Source of the DNA: Octopus bimaculoides
Taxonomy: Eukaryota
Direction of reading: 5' to 3'
DNA: 64,000 nt
Assembly (NCBI RefSeq): GCF_001194135.2
Contig: NC_068984.1
Location: 36,361,917 to 36,425,916, forward strand
Made by a program: the position numbers and the translations under genes. This document shows positions 51,550 to 64,000 of the stretch, one piece after another. Below the pieces are notes generated by a model. It was given only the letters and a program-made list of their open reading frames with translations, ran no database searches and was not told where the DNA came from. Each line of letters starts with the position of its first letter. The stretch's first letter is position 1.

Positions 51550-52290
51550 GATCAGGTAACAGGCATTTTCTCTCCACCCTTATTTTCCTCTTAAGACAGT
51601 ACATGAGGTAATGGACCAGACCCTAACCCTAACGCTAACCCACTTGTCAGAGATTTTGGGACATTGCACAATTGCGTGCAGAAGGTTTCCCTGTCCTGCT
51701 CGCATATTTGGCATGCGGGTGCCCAAAGTGTACCATTCTTTACGAGTTTATCGCAAACTGTTAAGGCTCCTCAGTAACATTGCCAAGCCAAAAACCCCAG
51801 GGAATCATTCAAGAGTCCTGGCTCGAATGTCCTTCGGAAGAGACTGGCTAGCTGAGCTTTATCGAAGCCTAGATTCTTCCCCAGACCGTCGTCATACTGA
51901 GCCTCTACCAACACTCTATAAAAAGACGAGCATCTACCAACCCTCTATAGAAAGACAAAATCCCGCCGCTGGCGTTGCTCGTGAGGCGGAGAAATTTGAG
52001 TTCCTCACTACATTCCGCTTTCCAAGCACTGAACTTTGGTCGACACTTGATTCAAGGTCCCAGTTCACTCAGACTAGTAAGTTCAGGAAGTAACGACTAA
52101 ACGAACGGAGACCACACCTGTTCACCATCCAGGTAGAGCCACAGATGCCTCAGCTTCAGCGCATGTCTTCGCATCAACAGCCAAGCCATCCCTATCCCAA
52201 CCTTTAGCGGGTGTTGGCAACCGACAGAGCGCTTTACAAGAGGATGTCTACCCGTCCACAAAAAGTGGAGGAGCAGCTTTTCAGTTACAT
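51550..52290 (-). mobile_element. L1/Tx1-clade LINE, ORF2 C-terminal part
   Basis: LHFLWTGRHPLVKRSV..QHPLKVGIGMAWL..RRHALKLRHLWLYLDGEQVW and CCHC finger CQICEQDRET/LHAIVQCP (51713-51658, 1-nt frameshift). Confidence 0.85.
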
Positions 52291-52459
52291 TAGATGTTAC
52301 TGAGGGGTTTTTAATTTCATTAGCAGTGCTTTATTGTAAGTATTGACTGCTGTGAGGTTCTTTAATAGATGGCTAGGGAATAGTTTACGTTGGGGATTTT
52401 TTTTTTTTTTTTTGCTTGTGTGCTCTGTTGTTCGTTTTTGTTTTGGCTGTGGGGCTAGT

Positions 52460-53170
52460 GGAGTTGGATTAGGCCATTAACTTTCTTTTGTGTCTTCTAG
52501 ATGTCGTCTCTTGCCATCCTTCCTCCTGGTTCTCTGCCATTTCTTCCTCCTCCGTTTCAGTTTCCGTTGGTATCTCTTTGGTGATCTATAGGTGGCTCGG
52601 CAGGTGGGGGCATCGTCTCTTTCTCGGTGGGGAGGATGGTCCCATTTTAGCAATGTCTCCTCGACATCACTCGCAGCTTGGTCTCTCCCACTAGAATACT
52701 ATCAATGATATTTTCTAGGTCAGCAGGAGCCGCCTATATCATCATTCCAAGCCCCTGCCCTTGTCAATTTTGGAGTTCCGTTGTAGTAGTTTGGAGGATA
52801 ATTAATTTGTCCTCCAAGCCCGCGGTAATAGAGCCACAAGCCAAGCAGGGTCCATCTCAGGTGATATAACTCCCACCTTAATCTTGGAAGCGCCTTCCAA
52901 GATATGATGCTCTTAGAGGTTCCGTCAACAGTTTTTCTTCGTTCTTAAAACGCACTTTAATCGTGGCATATTTGGTTCCTATTGTAAGGTATGCCACGTC
53001 GTTCCTCATTGGTCTCAGACACAACTCGATAGCTTTTTTGCTGGCCATGTCCAGTTTTTTTTTACTTTTCAACAAAAACGATTTATAGATTGTTGTACAT
53101 CGAAGAGCCTTATGCGTTGTCTCACTGGGAGGGGTAATTTTAGCTTCGCTCTCCTCCTTTTCTATCATTC
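52460..53170 (-). mobile_element. L1/Tx1-clade ORF1 (gag-like) remnant
   Basis: IELCLRPMRNDVAYLTIGTKYATIKVRF...LGRR, a degenerate knuckle near 52690-52650 and an acidic tract ETETEEEEMAENQEEGWQ; lies upstream of and on the same strand as the ORF2 piece. Confidence 0.6.
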
Positions 53171-53886
53171 CTTTGTATTTCGTTAATTTGTCGTGGTTAC
53201 ATTTTAGATTTTTGAGTGTTACACCTGTTTAAAAAAATTGAAAACGTTGCAAAAATCCGGTACAAATTCCTCATGGTTAAAAATGTTGCTTACTTTTTAC
53301 TCAACCTGATATTTATATTATTTCCAACCAGTTTTACAACACATCTTTTCATAGTAAACAGAAAGCTGTTTCTGTTCTATTTAGGATTTTTCACTATCTG
53401 TACTAGATTCTATTTTGATTTTATGCAAGTTATATGGCGGCAAGTTTGTAAAATCGATAGTGCGTCGTATAAATTACTCTACTATATCATTTCTTGATCT
53501 ATATGTCTGGTGTTCAAATTTACGGAGGTGACATATGCTTTGATGTATCGATAATATAAGGTTCCATGTATTGGCGCCGATTTAATCGACAAAAATAGGT
53601 AGACTTGAAGCAATTTATATATAGTTATTTTCTAGATGTTATTGCAGCATGTAATACTTTTTTAAGTAATTGAGGTCACTCGAGCTATGAGCTTATAGCA
53701 AATAAAATACTTACCCTAAACTTTGCGTTGCATTTCGAAATGCAGCTTCATTATCAAGCCTTATTAATTCACTTAGTGTGAAACCTTATAAATTATGACT
53801 ATAATTAATTACTTCATCTTGAATAGTCTTAAGTATTATCATAATTGATGCCTTTCGCTCATATATTGTTAGTAATCTAACATGTA

Positions 53887-53960
53887 CAGTAGTAGTTCCC
53901 AACCTATTTTTGGCCATACCCCACCGAATCATTTCTAAAATCCTGATGCCGCCTTCTGAT
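53887..53960 (+). mobile_element. Possible hAT/Charlie-type left terminus
   Basis: cagtagtagttcccaacct resembles the CAGTGGTTCCCAACCT TIR; no partner found. Confidence 0.3.
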
Positions 53961-54139
53961 ATTTAATTTTTGTTATTCAAAATTTGGTTAATGTTTACAA
54001 GATTACCCGGAAACAAAATTTTAAAAATAGTGCAACGGATGTAAAGAAATTTGTAAAAAACGAATATGAAAAAAAAACAAAATGCGCGGAAAGCAACAGG
54101 GCGGGAGGACTTCGGAAAATTCACAATATCTGAGTTTTT

Positions 54140-54598
54140 CCCTCATAACTTTTAGGAATTCTTTTTTCAATGAAATTTTATATAGATATCTTTCAACAGG
54201 CATAGATTACGATTACAAAAAAAAAAAAAATTGTGGGAAAATTTTTCCGAGGTGTGGGGAGAGGACTTCAGTACAGTCACAAGATCCGAGTTTTTTGCCC
54301 ATAGCTTTGTGAGAGTGTATCGTGGATAGCGGATATAAATCCAAATTTTAAATATTTCTCTGAATAATGACGAACTTTTTTTTTACTTGCACTACTTATA
54401 ACTAAATATTTCTGCGCCCCCGACTTTGGATGATCATAACTTTCAGAAAAATTGATATTTTTAATGAAATTATCTACAAATACGTGTTATATCATGTAGA
54501 TTCCGAATATGCAAGATTTGTGGGAAAACTGTTTTAGGAGGGATTGGGTTGGAGAATTGCGGAAAATTCACCGAGGTCCACTTCAATTNNNNNNNNNN

Positions 54599-54665
<67 letters not shown>

Positions 54666-55058
54666 GAAATCTACGGATGAACAAACGCACAAAACAGAAA
54701 ATTATATAAATATGGACGACTTGTTCAGAAACTGTCACGAGTGGGGAACAGTTCTCAAAAATAGCCCCCAGTTGTTTTCCCCAAAAATTCCTCCGTCTTC
54801 GGAATCTACATAAATCGGGGTATATTTGTAGAGAATTTCATAAAAACATATCCATTTTCATGAAAGTTAGGACGAATTGAAGTGAACTCCTGTGAATTTT
54901 CCGAAATTCCCCACCCCAAACCCTCCTAAAACACTTTGCCACCAAAATTTTATATATTCGAAATTTACATGATATAATACATATTCGTAGACAATTCCAT
55001 TAAAAAATATCCATTTTTCTGAAAGTTATGATCATCCAAAATCGGTGGGGGGCAGAAA
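54140..55058. mobile_element. Modular foldback / MITE-like element with about 180-bp inverted arms around a (TG)n core
   Basis: Arms 54408-54588 and 54875-55058 are reverse complements at roughly 80% by eye; further module copies lie at about 54145-54240 (+) and 54797-54874 (-). Confidence 0.8.
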
Positions 55059-55088
55059 TCTGTATGCCTTTGAATGAAACACGAAGAG

Positions 55089-55174
55089 ATTTCAGGTCAA
55101 GCAAATTTTTTCAACAACTTCTTTTTTTTTTTTTGACGAAGAAATTGTTGAAAAAAATTGCTTGACCTGTAAAT
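55089..55174. repeat. Near-perfect hairpin (31-bp stem, about 15-nt loop)
   Basis: 55093-55123 pairs with 55139-55169 at 29 of 31 positions. Confidence 0.92.
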
Positions 55175-57621
55175 TTTCATCTCTGTTCATATATATACGT
55201 GTGTTTTTGTATGTGTGCGTTGCCAGTACCATAAATCTATTTCTCTCTGTCTATTTATCTACCTATCTGTCTCCCTTTCTCTCCTCTCTCTTTCGCTCTT
55301 TCTCTCTCTTTCTAACTCTTTCTCTTCCTTCACTGACTTCCACTCCATTTCAACCCATTTCACATCATTCAATTTTTTCATCCCTCACCCCAACGCCATT
55401 TATTGCCTCATCAGCACTCTGCAGCACCACATTTTTCCTATGTACCTAGATATTTTTGTCGCCAGAGATAAAAGAGTCAATGCTCTTAGACACACCCACA
55501 CACATAAGTCTGTCTCCAGTTTATTTTTCCATAGAGAATTAAGATGGCATTGCTTTCAATTCTATACTACATATACGCTCGCACGCACGCGCACACAAAC
55601 ACACACACACGTGCAAACACCACACATACACATACACTTTGTAATTACCTACATGATTTCACATACCACTAAATCGAAGGAAATAATCCATTCCCTCTTT
55701 AGTGACATCAGATCTTATGAATAAGATGAAAATGACCTGTTGTCTTCAAAGTGTCCAAAATATGATAAAATTGTCCACACAAGGGATGCAAAAATATTTT
55801 TAATAACTCATTCTCGAATTATCCCCTTTCTGCATTGGTATACTAAACATTGTGTACAAAAGGTACAACCCTACATAACCCTACGCATGCCTCACCAAAA
55901 TATTACCAAAATATTCCCGGCGTTGGGAATCACGGATCTATAGTATTTGTTCGTAAAAATTATATTTTTTCTCTGTATAATATAATATTTGGGGCTTTAA
56001 TAATTATCTGTTTTATCTCATTTCTTTACCTTTCACTGTTCCTTTATCTAAAATGGTACACGCAACCTCTATAATTTCCCCTCTTCAAAGATAGAAATTT
56101 CTAACTGTATTTGATGCCAACATATCTAGTTAATTCTCTTACCATTTGTATCACGGTTTCCAATTATTTCTCACTTGCAGTTTCCAAATTCATGCGATCT
56201 ATTAACGAAAATTGTTCAATTGTTTTCAAGTGTCATTTGTCTCTCAGTTCAGCAGAGCTTATAGTTTGGGTTGAAGATGATACCGTAACGTAAAGAAAAA
56301 AGTGACAGACGGACAGACAGTGAGAATATGTATATGTGTGTGTTAATGTGTGTGTCTGCGCGTGCGTGCGTGTGTGTGTATAGTGTGCGCGAGCGTGGGC
56401 ATGTGTGTGTAAAGAGAATTATTTCTCATACAATATTAATCTTTCAATAGTCGTTGGACACCACCTGAAGCATAGCAAGTGTTTTCAAATTGAAATACTA
56501 ACAAATGACCTCTGCTAAAAATTGACATTATCACCCCACAAACAGGAAGTATTGAGGGAGAAGCAAAGGTGACCATCTGCTGAAATTTAAAAAAGAGACA
56601 TATCAATCGCCACTCTCAAGCATTAGCTTAAGGGAAATTTGAGCAGAAAATACAATAAGACCATCCTCTCTTCCTTGATTTTTCTTCGTTTAACGATATG
56701 ATGGATGATTAACATATACTTAGAGAACGTTCAGGGAGTGAGGAAACGGAGATTATCAGTGTGAGATGACCTGTAAGAATATTAAATAATATTTACTGCC
56801 TCTAAATACCATATCTGTGGTGTAGCACTGCTATGCAAGAAAGAGTCACAAGAAAAATATTTCCTGTGTGTTACGTATTTCGAATCTCTCACAAGTAATT
56901 TCAATCTCCGTCATTCGGTACACGGACAATAAGGAAAGGGAAAATTATTTGTTAATTCTGGTTTGATTGTTTGATACGAATGTAAAATATGCTTCGTTCC
57001 TTGCATTTTTTATGTAAAGTACGGGATATTATTTAAAAATTCATTCAATAGCCTAAGTAGAGGAATCACAAATTTTCCCTTCTATTATTCATCGCTGTTT
57101 ATTCATCTCTATTTACTTCGTCGTTAAACGCTCACTGACAGAACACTTATTTTGCTACAATTTAGATCAATGTACTCTTCTGTTGTAAACACTTATTTTT
57201 ATAATTTCCTCCCACGTTACAGAACACTACTCATATGCTCTCTCAATGGATTCGCCATAACACACGGAATATTAAATTCACACATTAATTCGACTTCAGT
57301 ATGCATCTTACACACATAGCAATTCTTTATCTTCTCAACTCTCAGAGGAATAATAAAAGCATGATACATTACTTCATCTTATTTGGAGACCTCTACATGT
57401 TTCCGCTTGAAAGGATTATTGAATTTCATCAGTAACATCAGTTCACTAGATTCAACAAATTTTAATGCCCTTTTATTAAGTGCGGCTAAGTATTTCAGTG
57501 TGTTGACCCAAAACAATACAGGGACGTGGACAGAGAAAGATACGTACGTATCATACTTATAATATACACATACATACATGCACACACCCACTCACACATC
57601 CATACATAACTGAGCCCCCAT

Positions 57622-57668
<47 letters not shown>

Positions 57669-59399
57669 NNNNNNNNNNGTGTGTGTGTGTGTGTGTGTAC
57701 ATATATACTTATTCTAGAAGAGCTATCTATGCTATTTCCGCACACTTTTCATACTTTCAGGGACAAAATATTCCGTCACAGCCAAACAACTTACAAAGTT
57801 ATTGTGAAGAGGAGGAAAATGTGTCGTGACCTCGTTTCGAATTATTTCGAGATAATTTTCTAGACATTAAATGTATTCTTTTATTCCTTTTGTTCAACTC
57901 TTTGTAAAGAGTTTTCATCCAAATACGAATGTTGTATTCTTATTGTCTGACTCCTTAACCAGTGTCACGGATATTCATTTTAACTTCAATTTTTGTATTA
58001 ACTAATAAACTTGTATATATGATTCCTACAGTCACTTTCTCATTTTTTTTTCTTTTTTCATGATGGTTGGTTTTGAATGTATGCAGACGTTGTTTATTTG
58101 CTAAGTATGTACAAAATATTCTTATGGTGGAAAACTACAGAAAAAAGATTCTTATTTTAATTCTAATTTTAAGCGTATGGTCGAATAAGCAAGGAAGACA
58201 AATAATTTAGAAATAATACAAGATATAAAACAACTCATATATACATGTATACACAGTAATATGCTCACACTTATATATACATATATAAGCCTGTATGTGT
58301 AATTGCGTGTGTGTAATCACGTATAAATATATATCTGTGTATGACAAAAATTGTGCATGTATGTGTTCGTATGTACTTTACGTTAAAGTTGAGCTGCCCA
58401 CATTAATATGATATCGACTGACCCATTTCAGAATATGTGTTTCAGTTATTGTTACTGTGCCGCTTCGGTGATATTTCAATCGCCAGCGACATGCTAGTAA
58501 TACTGTCTTTCACATTCATGTCTCTATGGAAAATTGATCAAAGCATTTGGAAATAAATTAATAAAACTTTGATAATATAAGCTGTCTGAAACCAATATTT
58601 ACGAAGACCGAGTGAAAACATTGATGTTTCAATAGTACATTTACTGACGAATATCGTAAATAGTTTAGAGCTGTAATTAAAAACAAGATAATACTGTTAT
58701 TCGTATTAGATAAACAGTTTAATTTGTATAACACATTAGTCATAATGTTAAATTACTTTATGTACAGACTAAAGTATGTTTGACAAAATATATTCTATAT
58801 TTGCTGTAGTGTGTTCCGTCACCATATATTGAATATTGAAATAAAGATATCTAAAAGATCAAATCATTAACTTGTCAAATAAGAAGGTATCTCACATGGA
58901 AGTGATTATAATGTATCAATGAACACTAGATTCCCTATGTTTACCATTTTATATTTACATATACTATACGGCAGTATTGTTCTTTACCATAAACTACTGC
59001 ATATTGGTTAAAGTCCCATCAATATCCAGGTGAGAGTTTCAAAGGTATATCAAATATGATTACTTACGCTCATTCTAAACAGGGACATAATATACATCGG
59101 TAACGGGAATGCAAAATGTAGCCTTTGTATGTATTACAAAATTTATTAATATTTATATTTAAGCCGTTCATAATTTGATTATTTTAGAGAATTGTTTAAC
59201 CAAGGAATCATTCTTATATCAGATTCCTATCTGATGACTAGCAGAATATTCATTACAATATATATAAAACAGGAAATTTTGAAAGAATTTGGTTTTATTT
59301 ATTCACAATTTCATGAGTTTCATTTGCTAAGAGAAGTTAAGATATCATACATGTAGGAGAAATATGCACTATTTTGTAACACCTAATAACAAATGGAAC

Positions 59400-60080
59400 T
59401 CATATGACGGTGTTTCACCTGGTGAAACGAGGTGTCTAAACACTTCGAAATATTGCAGCGAAAGCAACAGCAAAGCTAAAGCTGCCAACCTTCTGTAAAA
59501 AGCAACAGCAAAAAAAAAAAAAAAACATTACTGTGAGGTTCATAAAACTAGACACCATGGGAGAGCAACAATTGCTACACTTGTCATATTCCCTGTAAAT
59601 ACTGATAAGAAAAAAAATTCTCCAAACTATCAGAAGTCATTAACTCAATAAAATGGTAACGTTTTCCTTGATGAATTATTGTTCACCCGTTTTCCCTCTT
59701 CGGGGCGAGTTTATGTCTGGAGAGAGATCAGAGACGCCATCAGAACTGACTCTTGTTTAGTCCTCACCTTGTAGCATAGAGATAGTCTCCGATGATTTAG
59801 TTAGCTATATCATGGAAATCTTTTGACACTTTATTTGTTCCAGGTTGCAAGTTAACGGCAAGCATTACCTGACGTGACTGAGTACCTCCATTCTATGTAA
59901 AAACATTGATCTCCAATAGTAGTACAATTTTCCAGGCGATAATGCGCCGATTTGCGCGGCTAACTTTATTCAAATATGGTACAAAGAGCATAAAAGTGAA
60001 ATAGACCAGTTTGATTGGTCTCCCAATTCAGCGGAGCTCAATATAATCAAGAATTTGTGATGCATTTTGGAGTGGCACCT
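59400..60080 (+). mobile_element. Decayed Tc1-type transposase with DD36E spacing
   Basis: FTRFPSSGRVYVWR (59681-59723) and FQ.DNAPICAANFIQIWYKEHKSEIDQFDWSPNSAELNIIKNL* (D at 59938-40, expected E mutated to K at 60049-51). Confidence 0.85.
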
Positions 60081-61084
60081 TTGAAAGTGCTTAAAATACC
60101 CTTAACAACCGTTCATAATTTACCCAAGTCAATTCTTCGTCATATTAAATCTGTAATATATGCCACAATTGGACCTGTGCCGTAAAAAAAATCATAGAAC
60201 GTCTGTTAAACAAGGTGTTTACGTTATATCGTTAAACACATTTCGATATGCAAATGTACATTTCACATGTGTGGACATTATATATTGAATATCTTGTAGT
60301 TGGCCTTTGAAGTTAGGTTTTATGTATGGTGAGATGTCTGCTTGGTATATGCAAATATTCTGTGTATGCTATATGTTAAATATATATCTAATTAGTATGT
60401 TGCAAGAAGTTAGGAGACAAGTTTCTCTTAGACGCATTCGTTTAGACAGGACGTGCCATATCTGAGAACAATGTGTTGAATACCATCGTTAACTTCCAAA
60501 TAAATGTACAGCTTTTAGTATAAGCGAATGTAAGCTGCTGCACTGTGTTCTATGAACTGTTTAATTAAAATTTTATGTTGCATTATTATGTGACTACCGA
60601 TATCATAGATGTTATTGAAGAGGTATGGTATCGGTGTGCAACGTATGGCATTTTACGCATAGCGTACACTATTAAATATTGATGAAGGCGTACCTAACTC
60701 TTCACAATCACTGTATCTAATCATTCGGAATGGTATCTTATACAATAGCTTCACTGTATGCATTACAACTGAATTTATCTATATGTTTTCATATTATGAC
60801 ATCCAGGGAACAATGAATATATGTTGTGAGGATTTTTAATTTATAAGGTATCTCTGTATTTGTTTGTGTGAAATATTTTGTTATCATCTGAAAGGAAAAC
60901 ATATTCAGTTGACTATATTTATAATAGACACTGCATGGGTAAGGGTGATTTAAGCATATATGAAGCAGCATATCAACTACACTTCAACAAATATATCACC
61001 TTAGGGGGCATGAAACGCTAGGCGCTCAATCTTACTAATGGATATTACCTGACAATAAATGATGTTACGTAATCTATTATATTT

Positions 61085-61119
<35 letters not shown>

Positions 61120-61168
61120 GTATATATATATATGTATATATATATATGTATATATATATATGTATATA
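61085..61168. repeat. (TA)nTG compound microsatellite
   Basis: Direct read. Confidence 0.9.
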
Positions 61169-62067
61169 TGCACACAAAAATACTTATACTCAATCTTATA
61201 TACGAACATGTACACATTCACCTATGCTTATATAAATATAAGTCAATGTGTATGCGTCTGTGTATACATAGAATAACATAAATCAATGATGCATAGCGAA
61301 CGATAAGAATGTTCAACGAATTCCGTTGAAATGCGTATGCGAGTTTGAGAAATTGTCATACACGCCGATTGGAATAATATATAACTCGATTGTGTGTATC
61401 TGAAATATTCGTGGAATGTCAAGTATGGATTTTCAATGATTTTGTAATAAGGTGACCTAAGGAAAATAAACTTATAAAGTGCTATGAAATCTATTAATGC
61501 GATAGGCTTCACAGATTCGGTTACCTTATTAAGTAGATATTTCATGTCTAACATAGAGATAAATAGCAAGATAGCGACATGGACTGAAAACAAAACATAT
61601 AAGAAAAAATATGTTGTAAATCCTCTTAAACTGATCTGTTGTCCGTCGATTGAAAGTAATTATTAATCGCTGCCTTTCATTACGTTTGTATTTAGTATAG
61701 ACATTTTATTTACACTACACACAAGACAACTTTTCAAAACAGGTGCAACGCTTCAAATCACGAACGAAATATGCACAAAATGCTGAATAAAAACACGACT
61801 GCAACATACCACTTCTATTGAATATGTAATTATTTGCATAAAATATATTCATCCACGTAGTGTTATTTGAACGTTTCCAGCGAAACACTAAATATTTCAG
61901 GATATTTGTATAATAAATTCACCATTTCATGCTTTTTAATCATTTCCATTTGGAAAGTGATTGGTAAATAAACTTATTTGCTAAATTTTATTTTGTTGAC
62001 TACAATAAATTCTATTGTGCCAAGATATATGAGTGCATACATGTGTGCTAATATACATGTTCATGAG

Positions 62068-62283
62068 GGCGGCGAAGTAGCACAAAACGTTAGCACGCTG
62101 GACGAAATGCTTAGCGATATTTCGTCTGCCGCTACGTTCTGAGTTCGAATTCTGCCGAGATCGACTTTGCCTTTCATCCTTTCGGGGTCGATTAAATAAG
62201 TACCAGTTACACACTTAATCTCCTTGTCTGTCCTTGTTTGTTACCTCTATGTTTAGCCCCCTGTGGGCAATAAAGAAATAAAT
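62068..62283 (+). mobile_element. SINE family A head with an alternative tail
   Basis: Head and core as in 30775, but the tail is cttaatctccttgtctgtccttgtttg...tttagccccctgtgggcaataaagaaata; the same tail type appears at 51115-51157 (-). Confidence 0.88.
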
Positions 62284-62603
62284 AGACATGTGTGTGTGTA
62301 AATATCCTTTTTGACAGAACCATCGACATTTCCAATCCAGAAATTCAAACTGGTTTTCTGATATGTATGTATGTATGTATGTATATATCTATTACTCTCT
62401 CTTTCTTTCTCTCTCTCTCTCTCTCTCTCTNNNNNNNNNNNNNNNNNNNNNNNNNNNNNNNNNNNNNNNNNNNNNNNNNNNNNNNNNNNNNNNNNNNNNN
62501 NNNNNNNNNNNNNNNNNNNNNNNNNNNNNNNNNNNNNNNNNNNNNNNNNNNNNNNNNNNNNNNNNNNNNNNNNNNNNNNNNNNNNNNNNNNNNNNNNNNN
62601 NNN

Positions 62604-62635
<32 letters not shown>

Positions 62636-63599
62636 CATTGATTGCATTATGTCGAGGCATTCCTCTAATGAAAACATCTAGAGCGTTCAAAGTTTACACT
62701 GATGGAATCGTCGGAAATTATCAAGCAGTTTGAAAAATGGACAGGACTACAAGGAAAGCTCGGAAAAAACATGTATGTAGTGTTATGTTTGTGAGGTGAT
62801 TGCTTATTAAATATAAAATCACAGAAAGAATAAAGAAAACTGTGTAAGTTTCGAGGCTAGTGGATTGGTAATCTAAGATCAAGTGATACAGAGAAAAAAT
62901 TAACGTCAATCATTCTACTATCGTTTAAATATGTCGGCTATTACGGTCGATATATATGCGCGCGCTGAAGCAAAGGGAAATATATTGCTTCATGTGCAGT
63001 TGATAAACGAATAACTATTATGGACGCTTACACAAAACATCTATGGTAAGAGAGGTCAAATAAGTGATGGATGGAACTATGCTAACAATAAAATGGTTAC
63101 TTCGAAGCGAATGAATATCAGGCTGTATACATATCCCTACGAAGATATTCCACACAATGAATGAATGAAATAAAATGAAGTTTGAGAGAGAATATTTGTT
63201 CGTTACCTCATATGAACATAATTGTGATTACTTTCTTACTTTTTATGGAGGAATAGGGTGAGGACAGTATGTTTGCAAGACTTCGGAGATAATGATCTCG
63301 ATGCAATTAAAGTTCCCCTTAAATTCTTAACGTTCAGTTGATGTAGGACAATATACCTTTATTCCACATATCCGATATACTGAAGAGACATAGGGACCTT
63401 AGAATGGATGAGACGAGGCCATTTAGATCTATGGAGCAAAGGTCACAATAGCCGTGGTGTAAAACTGAGATTCAGGTCGCAGCATATCTTGACCACAGAT
63501 TTGGTAACTGATTTCCTAACAAACAGATGATTGTCTACCTTAATAATTCAATCTATGATGTCCAAATGACTAACTAAAATCTCTTAGAGATGTGAGCAC

Positions 63600-64000
63600 A
63601 ATTTTTTTTTTTTTGTTATTATCCTTTTATTTTTCAGAGCGCTCGGTCTTGTTTGCTCTGGTTGATTCTGTGGGAGCGGATAGCAACCTAACCTGTTTTC
63701 AAAGGTCACGTAGGGTCTCTTTCTGTACATTATAAGTTTTGATACTTTGTTGTCAATTATCGTGAAAGACATTCAACATCCAAGTACCCATCTTATATTG
63801 TTAGTTGTCCCCAGCAGAGCCGTTTATTGGGCTTGCTCTGCTCTCATGTCGATCCCTATTTCTCTGACATATTTCTCGAACTGGTTGGTAGTGCTCCAAG
63901 TTCTCCTATAACTACAGAAAAGACACAGAATCTCCTCGTAGTCCACATTTTTGCAATTTCGTCTTTAGAAGTCTGTACGATTCAATGTTTTTCTAGTTTT
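63600..64000 (-). mobile_element. R4/Dong-clade 3' end (fourth fragment)
   Basis: Minus strand KLEKH...DEIAKMW...SVVIGELGA...QFEKYVREIGIDMRAEQAQ*TALLGTTNNIRWVLGC*; the UTR ends in ggataataacaaaaa. Confidence 0.85.

Noticed and set aside
51611-52093. 160-aa plus-strand ORF
   Set aside because: Antisense shadow of the minus-strand L1/Tx1 ORF2 remnant.

Overview
Eukaryotic, AT-rich, gapped scaffold with dense microsatellites; most N-runs abut (TA)n, (CA)n or (CT)n tracts. No host protein-coding gene can be supported. Most supplied ORFs are microsatellite or gap read-through or antisense to repeats, and the few informative ones are transposon remnants. The repeat content points to a coleoid cephalopod, most likely Octopus (inference from recalled SINE consensuses, not from a search). 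The window is a graveyard of decayed transposons: two tRNA-headed SINE families (about 16 copies or fragments), four R4/Dong-clade RLE LINE fragments (three next to TAA repeats), several Penelope-like element (PLE) fragments, an internally deleted L1/Tx1 element, RTE- and CR1-like pieces, and mariner, Tc1 (DD36E spacing), hAT-Buster and Chapaev3-like DNA transposon remnants. The most notable signal is two apparently complete minimal type I hammerhead ribozymes (about 13421-13494 and 27651-27761), each about 250-300 nt downstream of a PLE GIY-YIG coding remnant on the same strand, plus several degenerate hammerhead-like relics. Other oddities are a modular foldback element, two long hairpins, an unexplained 120-bp direct repeat and an ACGT-rich AT island. 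All alignments, translations and folds were done by eye, so boundaries are approximate.
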